Shown piece by piece: positions 44,711 through 57,055 of a stretch of 64,000 nt of DNA. Every line of letters starts with the position of its first letter. The first letter of the stretch is position 1. Location of the stretch: NCBI GenBank assembly GCA_000004695.1, contig CM000150.2:1088001-1152000 (forward strand). Direction: 5' to 3'. Origin of the DNA: Dictyostelium discoideum (taxonomy: Eukaryota). The notes below the pieces were generated by a model. The model saw only the letters and a list, made by a program, of their open reading frames with translations, searched no databases and was not told the DNA's origin. The position numbers were made by a program, and so were the translations under genes.

Positions 44711-45837
44711 ATTAAATTAAAATAATATAATAAATATAAATATAAAAATATCATATACATATACCTGTGTATTTTTTTCATTTGTTTTTAAGTTTAAGGG
44801 AAAAAAAGAAAAAAACAAAGTTAACTTTGTCTTTTTTTAATGGAAATCATTTTTTTTCACTTTTATTTTTTATATTTTTTCTTTACTATTAATATTTTTA
44901 TTTTTTATATTTATAATCCTCACCTGGAAATGTATCTTTTTCTTTATCCAATAGCATTATTTCTTACAAGAACGACCTTGTTGAGAAATAAAAAAAAAAA
45001 AGAAATAAAAAAAAAAGAAATAAAAAAAAAAAAAAAAAAAAAAAAGAATATATAAACAAAATCTTTTTTTTTTTTAATTTTTAAATTTATTATTTTGCAA
45101 AATGGAAGGCAACAATGAATATTTAGATATATGTATTTATTTAAAAACTTTTGAAGAGAATATGGACTTATTAGTTGCGACTTTGCTAAACCTAAATGAA
45201 GGTAGATTTTATTTATTTTTTATTTTATATTTATTTTTTTTTTAGGAAGTTGGACAGGGGGAAAATTTTATAATATTTTATAATATAAGTTCTTTTTTAT
45301 TTTTTTTATTTTTTTTTATTATTTAATTATTATATTTGTTTTTGAAATGCAGTTTTATTTAAAAATTTTAAGGTTTATTCAATAAACTTTATTGAAAAAT
45401 TTAGGGAATTATATGGCCATATATTTTCCTAATGTTATAGTGCATAGATAAATCTTTCCTTTCTCTGACACCAATATTAATACTGACCATTTTTTATTTC
45501 TCTTTGGATATGATAGTATTGATATGAACATTAACTTTTCCAAATGATATAGTGCATAGATAAATCTTTCCTTTCTTTACCATTAGATTGGGTTATGATA
45601 CATATCATATTACTACATTTTCTTAGAAATAACCACTTTTAAATTCTTTTTTCTATATTTTTTAATAGTAAAATTAGATTTATTTATTTTTTTTTAATTT
45701 TATTAATTATTTTTAATTTTTTTTTTAAATCACTTTTTAACCTTTTTTTTTTTTTTTCTTTTAAATTCTATCTTTAATCTTTGTTTTTGAAATAATACTA
45801 TTTCATTTTATTGGTTTTAATTCTTTGGTTTGGAATG

Positions 45838-45871
<34 letters not shown>

Positions 45872-46947
45872 TCAATTTATATTCTGATAATTTTTTTTAT
45901 ATTTCCAATTTAAAATTATTTTGATTTGTCCTAAAAAGGAATGTTAATTTTTTTTTTTTTCCTTTTTTTTAATCAAATTTCTAAATTGGAAACTATTAGA
46001 TTAATTTTATAAAATTTTTGTTTTGTTTTTATTATACTTATTCTCCCCATAAATCATCCATCAACATTGAAATTATTTAATAATCTTACTCAAACTAAAA
46101 AAAAAAATTGTAAGTTATAACTATTCACTTAAAACAAAAAAAAAAAATTTTACAATCTTTATTATTATATACTAATATTAATTGTATATAGGCTTCTTCA
46201 TTTATTATTAAATTGTTTTCAATATTTGAAGCTGTTAAATTAATTTCTTCTTTATCTGCTAATGGAAACAATATTTATTTTTTTATTTTTTTATTTATTT
46301 TTTTATTTGTTTTTTTATTTTATTAATTTTTTAATTTATATAAAAGAAAACAATGATTTGGTTAACTTTTAATTGTTTTTTTTTAATTTTCTTTTTTGGT
46401 TGAAGGTATAAATTCTTCAGAATCTTCCCTTAATTCATCTTCAAACAAAGAATATTAGATTAAAATATAATTCAAAAAAAAAAAATTTTTGTGTTTTTTT
46501 TTTTTTTTTTTTTTTTAATCTATTATAATGACAAACACAGGTCCAATATTTTTTTATTTTTTATTTTTTCCATATGTTAACAAATAATTAAAATAATAAT
46601 TAAAATCACACAAATAATAAAAAATACATAAATTACTAATAATAGATTTCCAAAAAAAAATCTTTCCACAAGTTGACAATAAGCGAAAAAAAAAAAAAAA
46701 ATAAAAAAAAACATATCTCTGATATTGTTTGTTCAAATGTCAAATGACAAAAGAATTATTTTAAAAAATAAAAAATAAATTGTTAAAAAAAAAAAAGATA
46801 TTTTTTTTTTGACTTTTTTTTTTTTTTTTTTTATTCATTGAAAAAAAGATATTTTTATTTATTTTATATTCTTTTTTGTATTATTTTTTTTTTTTCTTTC
46901 CATTTACTAAGATCCATCTTTGATCTTTTGGTTCTTAATAAAAATAA

Positions 46948-46979
<32 letters not shown>

Positions 46980-47481
46980 CACAAACTTTATTTTTAAATT
47001 TGTCCACAAACCTTTTTTATTTTTTTTTTTTGATTTTATTTTTTTTTTTTTATTTTATTTTTTTTTTAAATATTTTTTTTTTTTGGTTTTTTTTAATAAA
47101 AATTTAAAATTTTATATTTTTCCAATTTTTTTTTTTTTTTTTTTAAATTATCACACAACCCACATCTGCTTCTAATCATTTTAAATGTAATTATTTTATT
47201 GCATAACTCCATCAACTATAAACACAATCTGAATTTGAATGAAACCAACCACCCTTTAGCACACAACCACCACTCACCACAAACAATAATTTTCTCTCAT
47301 AACCCACCCTCAATAAGTCCTCAAACTATTTTTAAAAAAAAAATAAAAATAAAAAAAATATAAAAAAATAAAAAAAATAAAAAAATAAAAAAATAAAAAA
47401 ATAAAAAAAAGGAAAAAAAAAACAATAATAATAATAAAATAATAATAATAATAAAAATAATAATACAAAATCAGTTTACAA

Positions 47482-47516
<35 letters not shown>

Positions 47517-47616
47517 ATAACAAAAACCAATATTCTTATAATTTTTTTTTTTTTTAACAACGCAATAAAAAAAAAAAAAAAAATCCACATTATTAATATT
47601 TTTTTTTTTTTTTTCA

Positions 47617-47649
<33 letters not shown>

Positions 47650-47779
47650 CAACTAAAATATTTTTAACTCCATAACAAACACCACACATATCTAAAATAG
47701 AAGCCTTTTTTTTTTTCTCTGGGAATCAAAACAACAATAATAATAGTTATTAAATTTAAATAAATAATAATAAACCAAA

Positions 47780-47826
<47 letters not shown>

Positions 47827-47911
47827 ATATTAATAATAATAATAATAATAATATAAAATTTAATAATAATACAATTTTAGTATTATTATTTTTTTTTATA
47901 AAAAAAAAAAA

Positions 47912-49390
47912 ATGAATGAAATTACAAATAAAATGAATTATTTGATATCTAAATTAATAGACCCAAATTTAGTAAATCAAAATAATAATAATCACAATAA
48001 TAATAATAATAATCATCACAACAATAATAATAATAACAATAATAATTTTAATAATAATTCAAATCCATTAAGTGCAAGAGAAGAGAAACCAAAATTAAAA
48101 TATAAACATTGGTGTGGAACAGTAGAGAAAAAGGTAGCATCAATTGGTTCATTGATACCAGTTTTAGAATCGAATCTTTTAGGATCAGATGAAAAGAAAA
48201 AAGAGAAAGCGATTACAACATTTCATAAAATCACAGTCTCATTGAATGAGTTAATCCCACTTTTAGAGATTATACAATATAAACCAGCTCATAAATCTGA
48301 GGGTTTTGCTTCGACATCACATAGTTCACAACATGGTGAATCTGATTCACCACCAACTTCTGGCTTCATTTCATCCTCCTCAACTTCACCAAATACATCA
48401 AATTCAAATTTAGCAAATTTAACAAATAACGCAACTGCAGCACAAACCACTGCATCATCATCATCAACATCATCATCATCATCATCATCATCATCAACAA
48501 CCAACCCCCCTGTAAATAGCACACCAAATAGTAATAGTAATAGTAATAATAATAAAGATTTAAATAATAATAAAGATCAACAATCACCATTATCAATGTC
48601 ACCAATTTCTTCATCAGCAAATGGTAATTCAGAGAATGGATTATTAGCGGCATATAAAGAGTTAACAAATAGTGGTGGAATTAAAGCACAACAACTTGAT
48701 GGCAGTAGTAGTAATGGGATTAGTGGTGGCGGTGGAGTATTAAGATCAACTAAAGCAATTTCATATTCATGTAGGGATGCAATGTTAACATTATGGTCAC
48801 AATTATTATCATTCATTGAAAAGTATCATAATATTGAAAAGGATTTAACACCATTTTATCAAACTATTCTTTTAATTTGTCGTAGAAAAGAATATGATAG
48901 TTCAATTTCACATATTGATCCAATTACCACTAGACCTTGGTCATTGGCTCCAAATGAAATCTTATCAAAATATAGAAAAATTATACATAAAACTTTTTCA
49001 TTTATTGCTACAATTTTATCATCACCATTATTCTTTTCAATACCATTAACTCATTTTTGTTCAAAAGTATTTATATTTATATTTATTTTTTTATTAAAAA
49101 AAAATTTAAATTTAAATTTAAAATTAATTTAGAAATACTTACACTTTTTTTTTTTTTTTAAAAAAATTAATATAAAGTTTTTATCAGTATCATTTTTTAG
49201 AATACCAAAAGTAGCAAAAATAATTTTAGAAGCATTAACACCACCAGAAACAGAAATTCAAGATATTATATCACATTTTCCAATACCTTCAAATTTAAAA
49301 CATTTAACAATTGTTGGTGATAGACCAGATAAATCACCATTTCATACTTTTTTAATGCAAATGGGTAATAATAATAATATAAATAATATA

Positions 49391-49445
<55 letters not shown>

Positions 49446-49678
49446 TAAATAGTAATAATATAAATAATATAAATAATAATAGTAATAATATAAATGTGAA
49501 TAGTAATAATATAAATGGGAATAATAATATAAATGGTAATAATAATAATATAAGTGGGAATAATAATATAAATGTGAATAATATAAATGGAAATAATATA
49601 AATGGGAATAATATAAATAATATAAATAATATAAATAATAATAATATAAATGGGAATAATATAAATAATAATAATATA

Positions 49679-49748
<70 letters not shown>

Positions 49749-51016
49749 TAAATTTTATTGAAGAATTTTCAATTGAAAATATACCACAAGGTTGGATAGA
49801 TAATTTAGCAAGAAAAGAAAGTGTTTTTTTTATATTTTTTAAAGATTGGCTCACAAGTTGTAAATATGTTTTAGGTGAAACAGTCGATATGAAAACTGTA
49901 CCAGGATTCTTTACTATAGCCTATGCATTACTACATGAAATAAAGACAAGGGAACAAGCACCACCACCACTATCAAAGCCAACACCATCATTGGATGCTC
50001 AGTATACATTGATTCAATGTTGTAGACAAGATAATATAATGGATGTAATGATGAAAACCATTTTCTTAAAGACTTGTGTATTCGATCTACCAGTGGTTTC
50101 AACTACGTTGTCATTGGTTGAATGCTGGCTAAAAGAGTATGGTCCTTTACCCGACTCTTTCGATATCAATTTCTTTTGTGAAGGTATTGAGAGTATAATA
50201 GTGGCTGATCATCACCAAATTCTAATTAGAGCATTACAAATGCTATACAATACAAGTGAATGTTTCCAAAGAAATCTTCGTAAAGTTCTTTTCCAAGATT
50301 TACTTTTAAATAAATACTTTTACGCTTTGTTTTTACATTGGGATCAACCTGTTAGAAATGCATATCATCATTTATTACTCTATAAAATGGTTAGAATTAA
50401 TAGATCGAAACTCTATGAATCTGGTGCTACCTTGCAAGAATTTTCAAAATTAACTCATAATACACCTGCAATTATCACTAAAAGTAGTGCTTTATCACCA
50501 ACTAAATTCATTGATTCAAAAGATGATAATCATAGTTATTTTTCATCTTCCAGAATTAATAATAATTCTTCGTTATCATCAAGTATTAATTCAACAACAT
50601 CAACCACCACAACCACAGCAACAACAAATGGTAAATCAACAACAACACCATCATCATCCCTCTCCTCTAGCACAGGTACTATTAATACAAAATCACATTC
50701 AATTAGTATTGGTAGAAAAGTGCCACCACCTGTACCACCAAGAAATTTTTCAGAAATTGATCAACAATCAAACTTAAATTTAGAGTCTGATGACTCTTTT
50801 GTAATTATAGAATCGGAAAATACAAATAGTAATAATATTAATATTAATAATAATAATAATAATAATAACAATAATAACATATCAATTGAAGGAAATAGCA
50901 TTACTATGACAGCTAGCAATTCACCATCATTAGCTTCAACACCATCACATTTATCACCACAACCATCAGATTTAAGTAATCAACCTTCAAATGTATCATC
51001 ATCATCTGCTACAATA

Positions 51017-51050
<34 letters not shown>

Positions 51051-51181
51051 GTATTAAGGAACAAACAAAGAAACCACTTCCAAAATTACCATTATCTGCA
51101 ATCTCTGAAAAATTCAATAAGGAATATTCACTTGATATGTATGTATAAATAATATAGATTTAAAATTGAAAAAAAAAAACA

Positions 51182-51212
<31 letters not shown>

Positions 51213-51439
51213 CTAGTAAACTATTTTTTGAAATTGAAGTATTAACCAAAAAAGTTCAAGACCAAATGAGATGTCCAGATTTGAAATTTCATGATCCAAT
51301 TTTATCACATTATGTTGCATCATCAATTAGTGAATTTAAAACTTATATCGCACATAGTAATCAAGTTGACTCTACCCCTCCAAAAATAATTCCATTAATG
51401 TTTGCAAATTCAAATCATATTATAAATTATAAAGATTAA
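47912..51439 (+). CDS. Large uncharacterised Asn-rich protein; at least 3 exons
   Basis: Exon 1 is 47912..49066 (donor AAA|GTATTT). Exon 2 is about 49133..51138. The only in-phase acceptor is tttAG at 49131..49132, giving a 66-nt intron, so the junction is uncertain. Donor AT|GTATGT is at 51139. Exon 3 is 51217..51439 (acceptor ttctAG), encoding IKLFFEIEVLTKKVQDQMRCPDLKFHDPILSHYVASSISEFKTYIAHSNQVDSTPPKIIPLMFANSNHIINYKD, which is clearly coding-like. Long in-frame poly-N/NI repeats. The conserved middle is WLKEYGPLPDSFDINFFCEGIESIIVADHHQILIRALQMLYNTSECFQRNLRKVLFQDLL. Confidence 0.55.
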
Positions 51440-51737
51440 CAGAAATGAAAGTAATACAACATACACACAAAATACATACATACAAAATACATAAAATATC
51501 AAAAATCCATAATCTTGTTCTCCTTTTTCTGAAAAAAAATAAAAAAATAAAAAATAATAATACTATAAAAAAAAAAATTAAAAAAAAATTAAATAAATAA
51601 AAATAACAATTATTAAAAAGATAAAAATAAAAAATTATAAATAAAAAAAAAAAAAAGTAATAAAAAATAAACAATAGTAAATTTTTTAATTATTTTTTTT
51701 TTTTTTATTTTATGAAAAATACTACAAATTAATAAAT

Positions 51738-51797
51738 AGATTTATCAAATGTAAATGACATTTTTAAAAAATGTTTTTCATTTACATAATCATTACA
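51738..51797 (-). promoter_or_regulatory. SECIS element (type 2) in the 3' UTR of the Sep15 gene, ~60 nt downstream of its stop
   Basis: Minus-strand RNA: guaAUGAuu-AUGUAAAUGA-AAAA-CAUUUUU-uaa-AAAAAUG-UCAUUUACAU-uUGAu. AUGA quartet at 51793..51790 opposite UGAU at about 51748..51745. A perfect 10-bp helix II (51787..51778 with about 51758..51749). An unpaired AAAA 12 nt 3' of the quartet (51777..51774), then a 7-bp mini-helix and small apical loop. This is the canonical form-2 SECIS geometry. Confidence 0.65.
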
Positions 51798-51852
51798 ATC
51801 AATTTATCAAAGAGATAATGTTTGAAATTGTGTGTATATATTTTGTTTGAGT

Positions 51853-52479
51853 TTAATTAAAATTATTTTGAACAAGATATTCTTCTAAATTTTCAAGTTT
51901 CCAACTTTCGATATTGATATCTTCTTTCTTTCCTTCACTATCTACTAATGTTAAACGTGGATTTGCACCATTTTCGTATTTAACTGATAATTTTGAATAT
52001 AATTTTGCTTTGTTATTAATAAACTCTTTGATTTGGGGATGAGCCCCTAAACGTCATTGACAAACTACTAAACTAACTGATTGATATGTTTTCTTTACTT
52101 TTTCTGATTCTTCTGAACAACAAATTGAACATTCATGACCAAATGCTTTTTTTTTTTTTTTAAAAAATGTTAGAAAATGTTAAAAAAAAAAAAAAAAAAA
52201 GATTATAAAAAAAAATAAATAAAAAAAAAAAAAAAAAAAAAAAAAAGATAAATATTTTAAAAATTACTTACCAGAATCACCAACAAACTCAGCAAAATCT
52301 TTACAAGTTGAACATAATAAAGCATCAGTAAAACCAAGTTCATGACATGATGAAGCTGATGTTCCAGGTGACGATACACCTTGACAATCATTAATTAATA
52401 TACATAAAAAAATAGCAGCTAGTAAAAAGATTAAGGACCACCTATTAGGCGGTCTTTTAATCTTTTTATCTATATGCAT
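51853..52479 (-). CDS. sep15: Sep15 (15-kDa selenoprotein) homolog with in-frame UGA = selenocysteine at 52056..52054; 2 exons, ~166 aa
   Basis: Exon 1 is 52479..52272 (ATG 52479; signal peptide; SCHELGFTDALLCSTCKDFAEFVGDS, cf. ACRELGFSSNLLCSSCDLLGQF of Sep15; donor G|GTAAGT). Exon 2 is 52145..51853 (acceptor AAAAG). It encodes AFGHECSICCSEESEKVKKTYQSVSLVVCQ-TGA-RLGAHPQIKEFINNKAKLYSKLSVKYENGANPRLTLVDSEGKKEDINIESWKLENLEEYLVQNNFN, stop TAA 51855..51853. This aligns with human ...DCRGCCQEEAQFETKKLYAGAILEVCGUKLGRFPQVQAFV...GSDPVLKLLDDNGNIAEELSILKWNTDSVEEFL. A SECIS element follows in the 3' UTR. Confidence 0.8.
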
Positions 52480-52521
52480 TATTAAATATATAAATTAATA
52501 TATAAAAAATAAAAATAAATA

Positions 52522-52552
<31 letters not shown>

Positions 52553-53408
52553 AATTTGTGATGTTGGTGGAAAAAAATAAAAAAAAAAATTGAAAAATAA
52601 AAAAATAAAAAAAAAAATGATTTAAAAAAAAAAAAAAAAATTCAAAATTTGATAATTAAAAAAAAGTTACATTTTCTGATTTCTTTTTTAATTTTTTATA
52701 AATAATTAATTCAAATAAAAAAAAAAAATTTTTTTAAAATTCTTAACTGAATTTTAAAAAGAATTGAAAGAGATATGAAATAGTGTTTAAAAAAGATATT
52801 TTTTTCTTTTTTTTTATTTTTTTAATTTTATAAAAATTTTCTTTTTTTTTTTTTTTTGATTCGGTGAGAACCACGCAGAATTGAAAATATCTGTATTCCA
52901 TGATTTTATTTTCACTTTTTTTTTTTTTTTTTTTTTTTTTTTTCATTATTTTTTTTTTTTTTACATTATTCACAAATAAACATTTGTTCTGTTCTGTGCA
53001 AAGAAAAGTTTTTTGATTTTTATTTATTTTTTATTTTTTTATTTTTAATTTTAATTTTGGATAACCTAACCAATATTAAAAAAAAAAAAAAAAAAAGCAC
53101 ATTCTATTGTTGTTTGTCTCACTAATAAAAGAACATAAAAAAAAAAAAAAACGAATAATTACGTGTTTTTTTAGTTTTTTTTAACTCACCTTAATCTTAA
53201 TCTTAATTTTTTTTTTGAAATACCAGCCACAATTGGGATTTCAAACAATACCACACTTCATAATTTCACAACAGATTCGTGAAAAAAAAAAAAAATAAAA
53301 AAAAAAAATAAAAAAAAAAAAAATAAAATAAAAAATAAAAAATAAAATAAAAAAATAAATAGACTCAGAAACAAAAAAAAAATAAAATAAAATAAAATAA
53401 TCTGGAAA

Positions 53409-53442
<34 letters not shown>

Positions 53443-53517
53443 TAAAATATTTAAAGATTTCAACCAAATATATATATATAAATTATATATATATATGTAT
53501 TAATAAAATAAAAAATA

Positions 53518-54695
53518 ATGGTAAACCCTATGGTTATTGGTTATATTGGATCAGCTGCAGCTATTATTGGATTCGGTTCAAATTATGGTAAGTAGAACTT
53601 TCATTTATTCATTTATTTATTTATTTATTTATTAATTTTAATTTAATTTAATTAAATTTATAGTTCCAGTTAAAAAATATCCAGTTGGTAATGGATTATC
53701 ATATGCATTTATATTATCAATTGGTGGATTATGTGTAGCATTTATAGCGATGATGATTCATGGTACATTTGTATTTTCACCAATTGGTATATTAGGAGGT
53801 AGTTTATGGGCAATGGCAAATCTTTTAATTATTCCAATTATTAAGTTGGTTGGATTAGGATTGGGTGTATTATTGTGGAGTAGTATTGGTATTGTTGTTG
53901 GTTTCTTTTCAGGTAAATTTGGATGGTTAGGATTAGAGAAACAAATAGTAACACATGATTGGATGAATTGGTTAGGTTTTGTTGGTATTGTAATTTCAAT
54001 CTTTTGTTTCTTTTTTATTAAACCATCATTAGAAGATGACAATAATAATAAGAATGTAGTTGATAGATTTAAGAATAAAAAAGGAGGATACATTGATCCA
54101 ATGGATAATGAAGAGTTTCCAATATTACGTGGATCTGTCAATAGTGATGGTCCAATTAAATTTAATAAATATAACAATAATAATAACAATGGTGATGAGT
54201 TAGAAACTTCAACAGAAACAATTTTCGATAAAATACCAACAAAATTTAAAAAGGTTGCTGGTATTAGTATGTCAATTATTTGTGGTGTTTTATTAGGTGT
54301 TAATATGATACCTATGCAACTTTGGAAACAAAATCATCAAGAAGCATCACCATTTGATATTATTTTCTCACAATTTGCTGGTGTATTCTTATTTAATGCA
54401 TTCACTTTTATGTTTTATGCAATGATTAAAAAGTCACCTCAAATCTATCCAAAAACAGTTTTTCCAAGTTTTATCTCTGGTGTTATGTGGGGAATTGCAA
54501 ATTGTGGTTTAATGATTTCAACTCAAAATTTAGGTTATACAGTTGGTTATCCAATCTCTTGTTCAGGTCCAATGATTATCTCTTCATTATGGAGTGTTTT
54601 TTATTTCCATGAAATTAAAGGCACAAAAAATTTATTAATATTATGTGGTTCATTTTTATTTTTAATTTCTGGTATTATTTTACTTGCTTTCTCTT

Positions 54696-54703
<8 letters not shown>
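53518..54703 (+). CDS. tmem144: TMEM144-family multipass membrane protein (DUF1632); 2 exons, ~369 aa
   Basis: Exon 1 is 53518..53587 (MVNPMVIGYIGSAAAIIGFGSNY, donor G|GTAAGT). Exon 2 is 53664..54703 (acceptor ttatAG; V-PVKKYPVGNG...). This aligns with the TMEM144 N-terminus [27 protein letters not shown] and with [30 protein letters not shown]...FGWFG (here GGSLWAMANLLIIPIIKLVGLGLGVLLWSS...FGWLG). About 10 TM helices. Confidence 0.8.
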
Positions 54704-54727
<24 letters not shown>

Positions 54728-55710
54728 CAAAAAAAAAATAATAATAATACACAAAAATGGTGTAATAATAATAATAATAATAAAAACTTAATAAACGTTT
54801 ATTTATTTAAAATTTTTTTTAAAAATTTAACTGTTTTTTTTTTTTTTTTTTTTTAAATTCAGAAGGATTAAATAAATTTTTTTTTTAATTTATTAAATAA
54901 TATTTTAAAATAATAAACTAGTGGTGAGATAAAAAAAAAAAAAAAAAAAAAAAAAATTAAAGATAAAGTTTTTACAAATCAATAGAGAGGTATAAAATTA
55001 CAAAAAAAAAAAAAAACTTTTTTTTTTTTAATTTTTTTTTTTTTTATTTAAAATATTTCTTTATTTTGATTATAATAATTATTTTATTTAAATATTACTT
55101 CAAATCTAAATCTAAATCTCCTTTGATTAAAATTTTAATTTATTTAATTTATATTATTCCATTTTAATTTTTTTTTTTTTTTAAAAAAAAACTTGTGCTT
55201 TAACTAAAAGACTTATTAGAAAACTCTGAGAAAACTAAACAATATGGATTGTAAAAAAAAAAATTAAAAAAATAGAAATAAATAAAAGTGATCAAAACCT
55301 TTATCTAAACTCTATGGACGTACAAATTATTTTGTTTTAAAATATTTGCACTTTTTTTGGTGATTTTTTTGAAATTTCATTTAAAATATCAAAAAAATTA
55401 TTTTTATAATCATTTGACTTTATTTTTCACCAGTCTGAAATCATATTTTAACATAATATAACTTTATTATTGTTATTATTGTGAACAATTTTTTATTAAA
55501 ATTTTTTTTTGATTATCGTAATGCGTCTTTTAATAAATCAAAATAAAAAATAAAAAATAAATAAAAAATAAAAAATAAAAAAAAAAAAAATAAAAAAAAA
55601 AAAACAAAAAAAAAAAATATAAATTAAAAAAGAAAAAAAAACATTTTATAAAAATTATTACAACATAAATAAATAAACCAAATAAACATATAAAATAAAA
55701 TATAAAGTAA

Positions 55711-55749
<39 letters not shown>

Positions 55750-55813
55750 GTAAAATAAAAAAAAAAAAAAATAGTAAAGGGTTATTAATTAAAATTTTTT
55801 TTTTTTTTTTAGA

Positions 55814-56065
55814 ATGAATAAAGTAGTTTCAATTAATATTGCAGAGATTTTAAAGTCACATGCCACTCATAAATCATTAATGGTTAGAAATAAAAATTTC
55901 TTAAGATCAAGCAATGGCTCTGTGCCAATATATTCAAATTCCATATTACAACCACCAACCACTGCCACCAATAATAACAATGAAAATAATTTTAATTTAG
56001 TGAATGATACAATCGATGATTTGGAATTGGCAATCGAGAATGCTGGTGGTAAACAATTTTGGTGA
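55814..56065 (+). CDS. Small hypothetical protein (83 aa), paralog of 57056..57211
   Basis: ATG start. N-terminus MNKVVSINIAEILKSH and C-region VNDTIDDLELAIENAGG are conserved with the downstream copy (MNKLIISINIFEISNQ ... VNDTIDELESAISSII). Support is paralogy only. Confidence 0.3.
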   Translation: MNKVVSINIAEILKSHATHKSLMVRNKNFLRSSNGSVPIYSNSILQPPTTATNNNNENNFNLVNDTIDDLELAIENAGGKQFW

Positions 56066-57055
56066 AAAAAAAAAAAATATGGAAAAAAAAATGAAAAAAA
56101 AAAAAAAAAAAAAAACTTGTACATAATGTAAAAATCCGGGGTAAAGGATGTTCAAAAAATTGTTTTTTTTTTTTGAAAAAAAAAAAAAAAAAAAAAAAAA
56201 AAACAAATAGCAATCATCTCTCAATAAAAAAAAAGCCATTCTGATAGTGAAATTAATTTTGGCAAATTTAAGAGACATAATATTATCAATTTTATAAAAG
56301 AAAATGATATGAATAAAATAAATAAATTTAAAAAATAAATTTAAAAAATAAATTTAAAAAATAAAATATAAAAAAAAAAATATAAAAAAAAAAAAAATTT
56401 GTTTAACAAAATTTCTTGGGTATTAAAAAAAAAAAAAAAAATAAAAAAAAAAATAAAAATAAAAAATAAAAAAATAAAATAAAAAATAAAAAATAAAATA
56501 AAAAATAAAAAAAATAAAAAATAAAAAAAATGATTAAAGGAAAAGTTTATATCTTTTTTTAACCTTTTTTTCAATTCGATTGGGTGCAAAGGTAAATCTC
56601 TGTGTCAATTATAGTTCAATTAAAAATAAAAAAAAAAAAACGGCTTCTGTTGGGTGTTCTGTTCCAAATTTTTTTTTTTTATTCGAATTTTATTTTTTTT
56701 TAATTTTTTATTTATTTTTTTTTTATTTTTTTTTTTTAGCATCACAAGTGAACTTTTGGAAAATAAGGTCTATTTTTGGGTTTAACAACAACCCAAAAAA
56801 AAAAAAAAAGCCGCAAAATAAAAGAAAAAAAAAAACTATAAATTGAAGGAAAATGAAAATAATAATCATTTGATAAAATAAAATAAAAGCAACACAAATA
56901 AAAAAATAAAATTGTATGTATTTTAATTTTTATCTTTTCTTATTTTTTTTTTTTTTTTTTGTACAATTATCATTTATTTTTCTTTTTCTTCTCTTACTTA
57001 CTAACATTTTTTTTTTTTATTTTTTTTTTTTTATTATTATCTAAAAAGAAATAAA

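Noticed and set aside
48289-48816. Three minus-strand ORFs of 77-100 aa
   Set aside because: Antisense or offset frames of Ser/Asn-rich coding sequence of the 47912 gene.
49342-49854. 170-aa poly-Leu ORF (minus)
   Set aside because: Antisense of the (AAT/AAC)n tract at the start of exon 2 of the 47912 gene.
53758-54189. 143-aa minus-strand ORF
   Set aside because: Antisense to TMEM144 exon 2; no start context or motifs.
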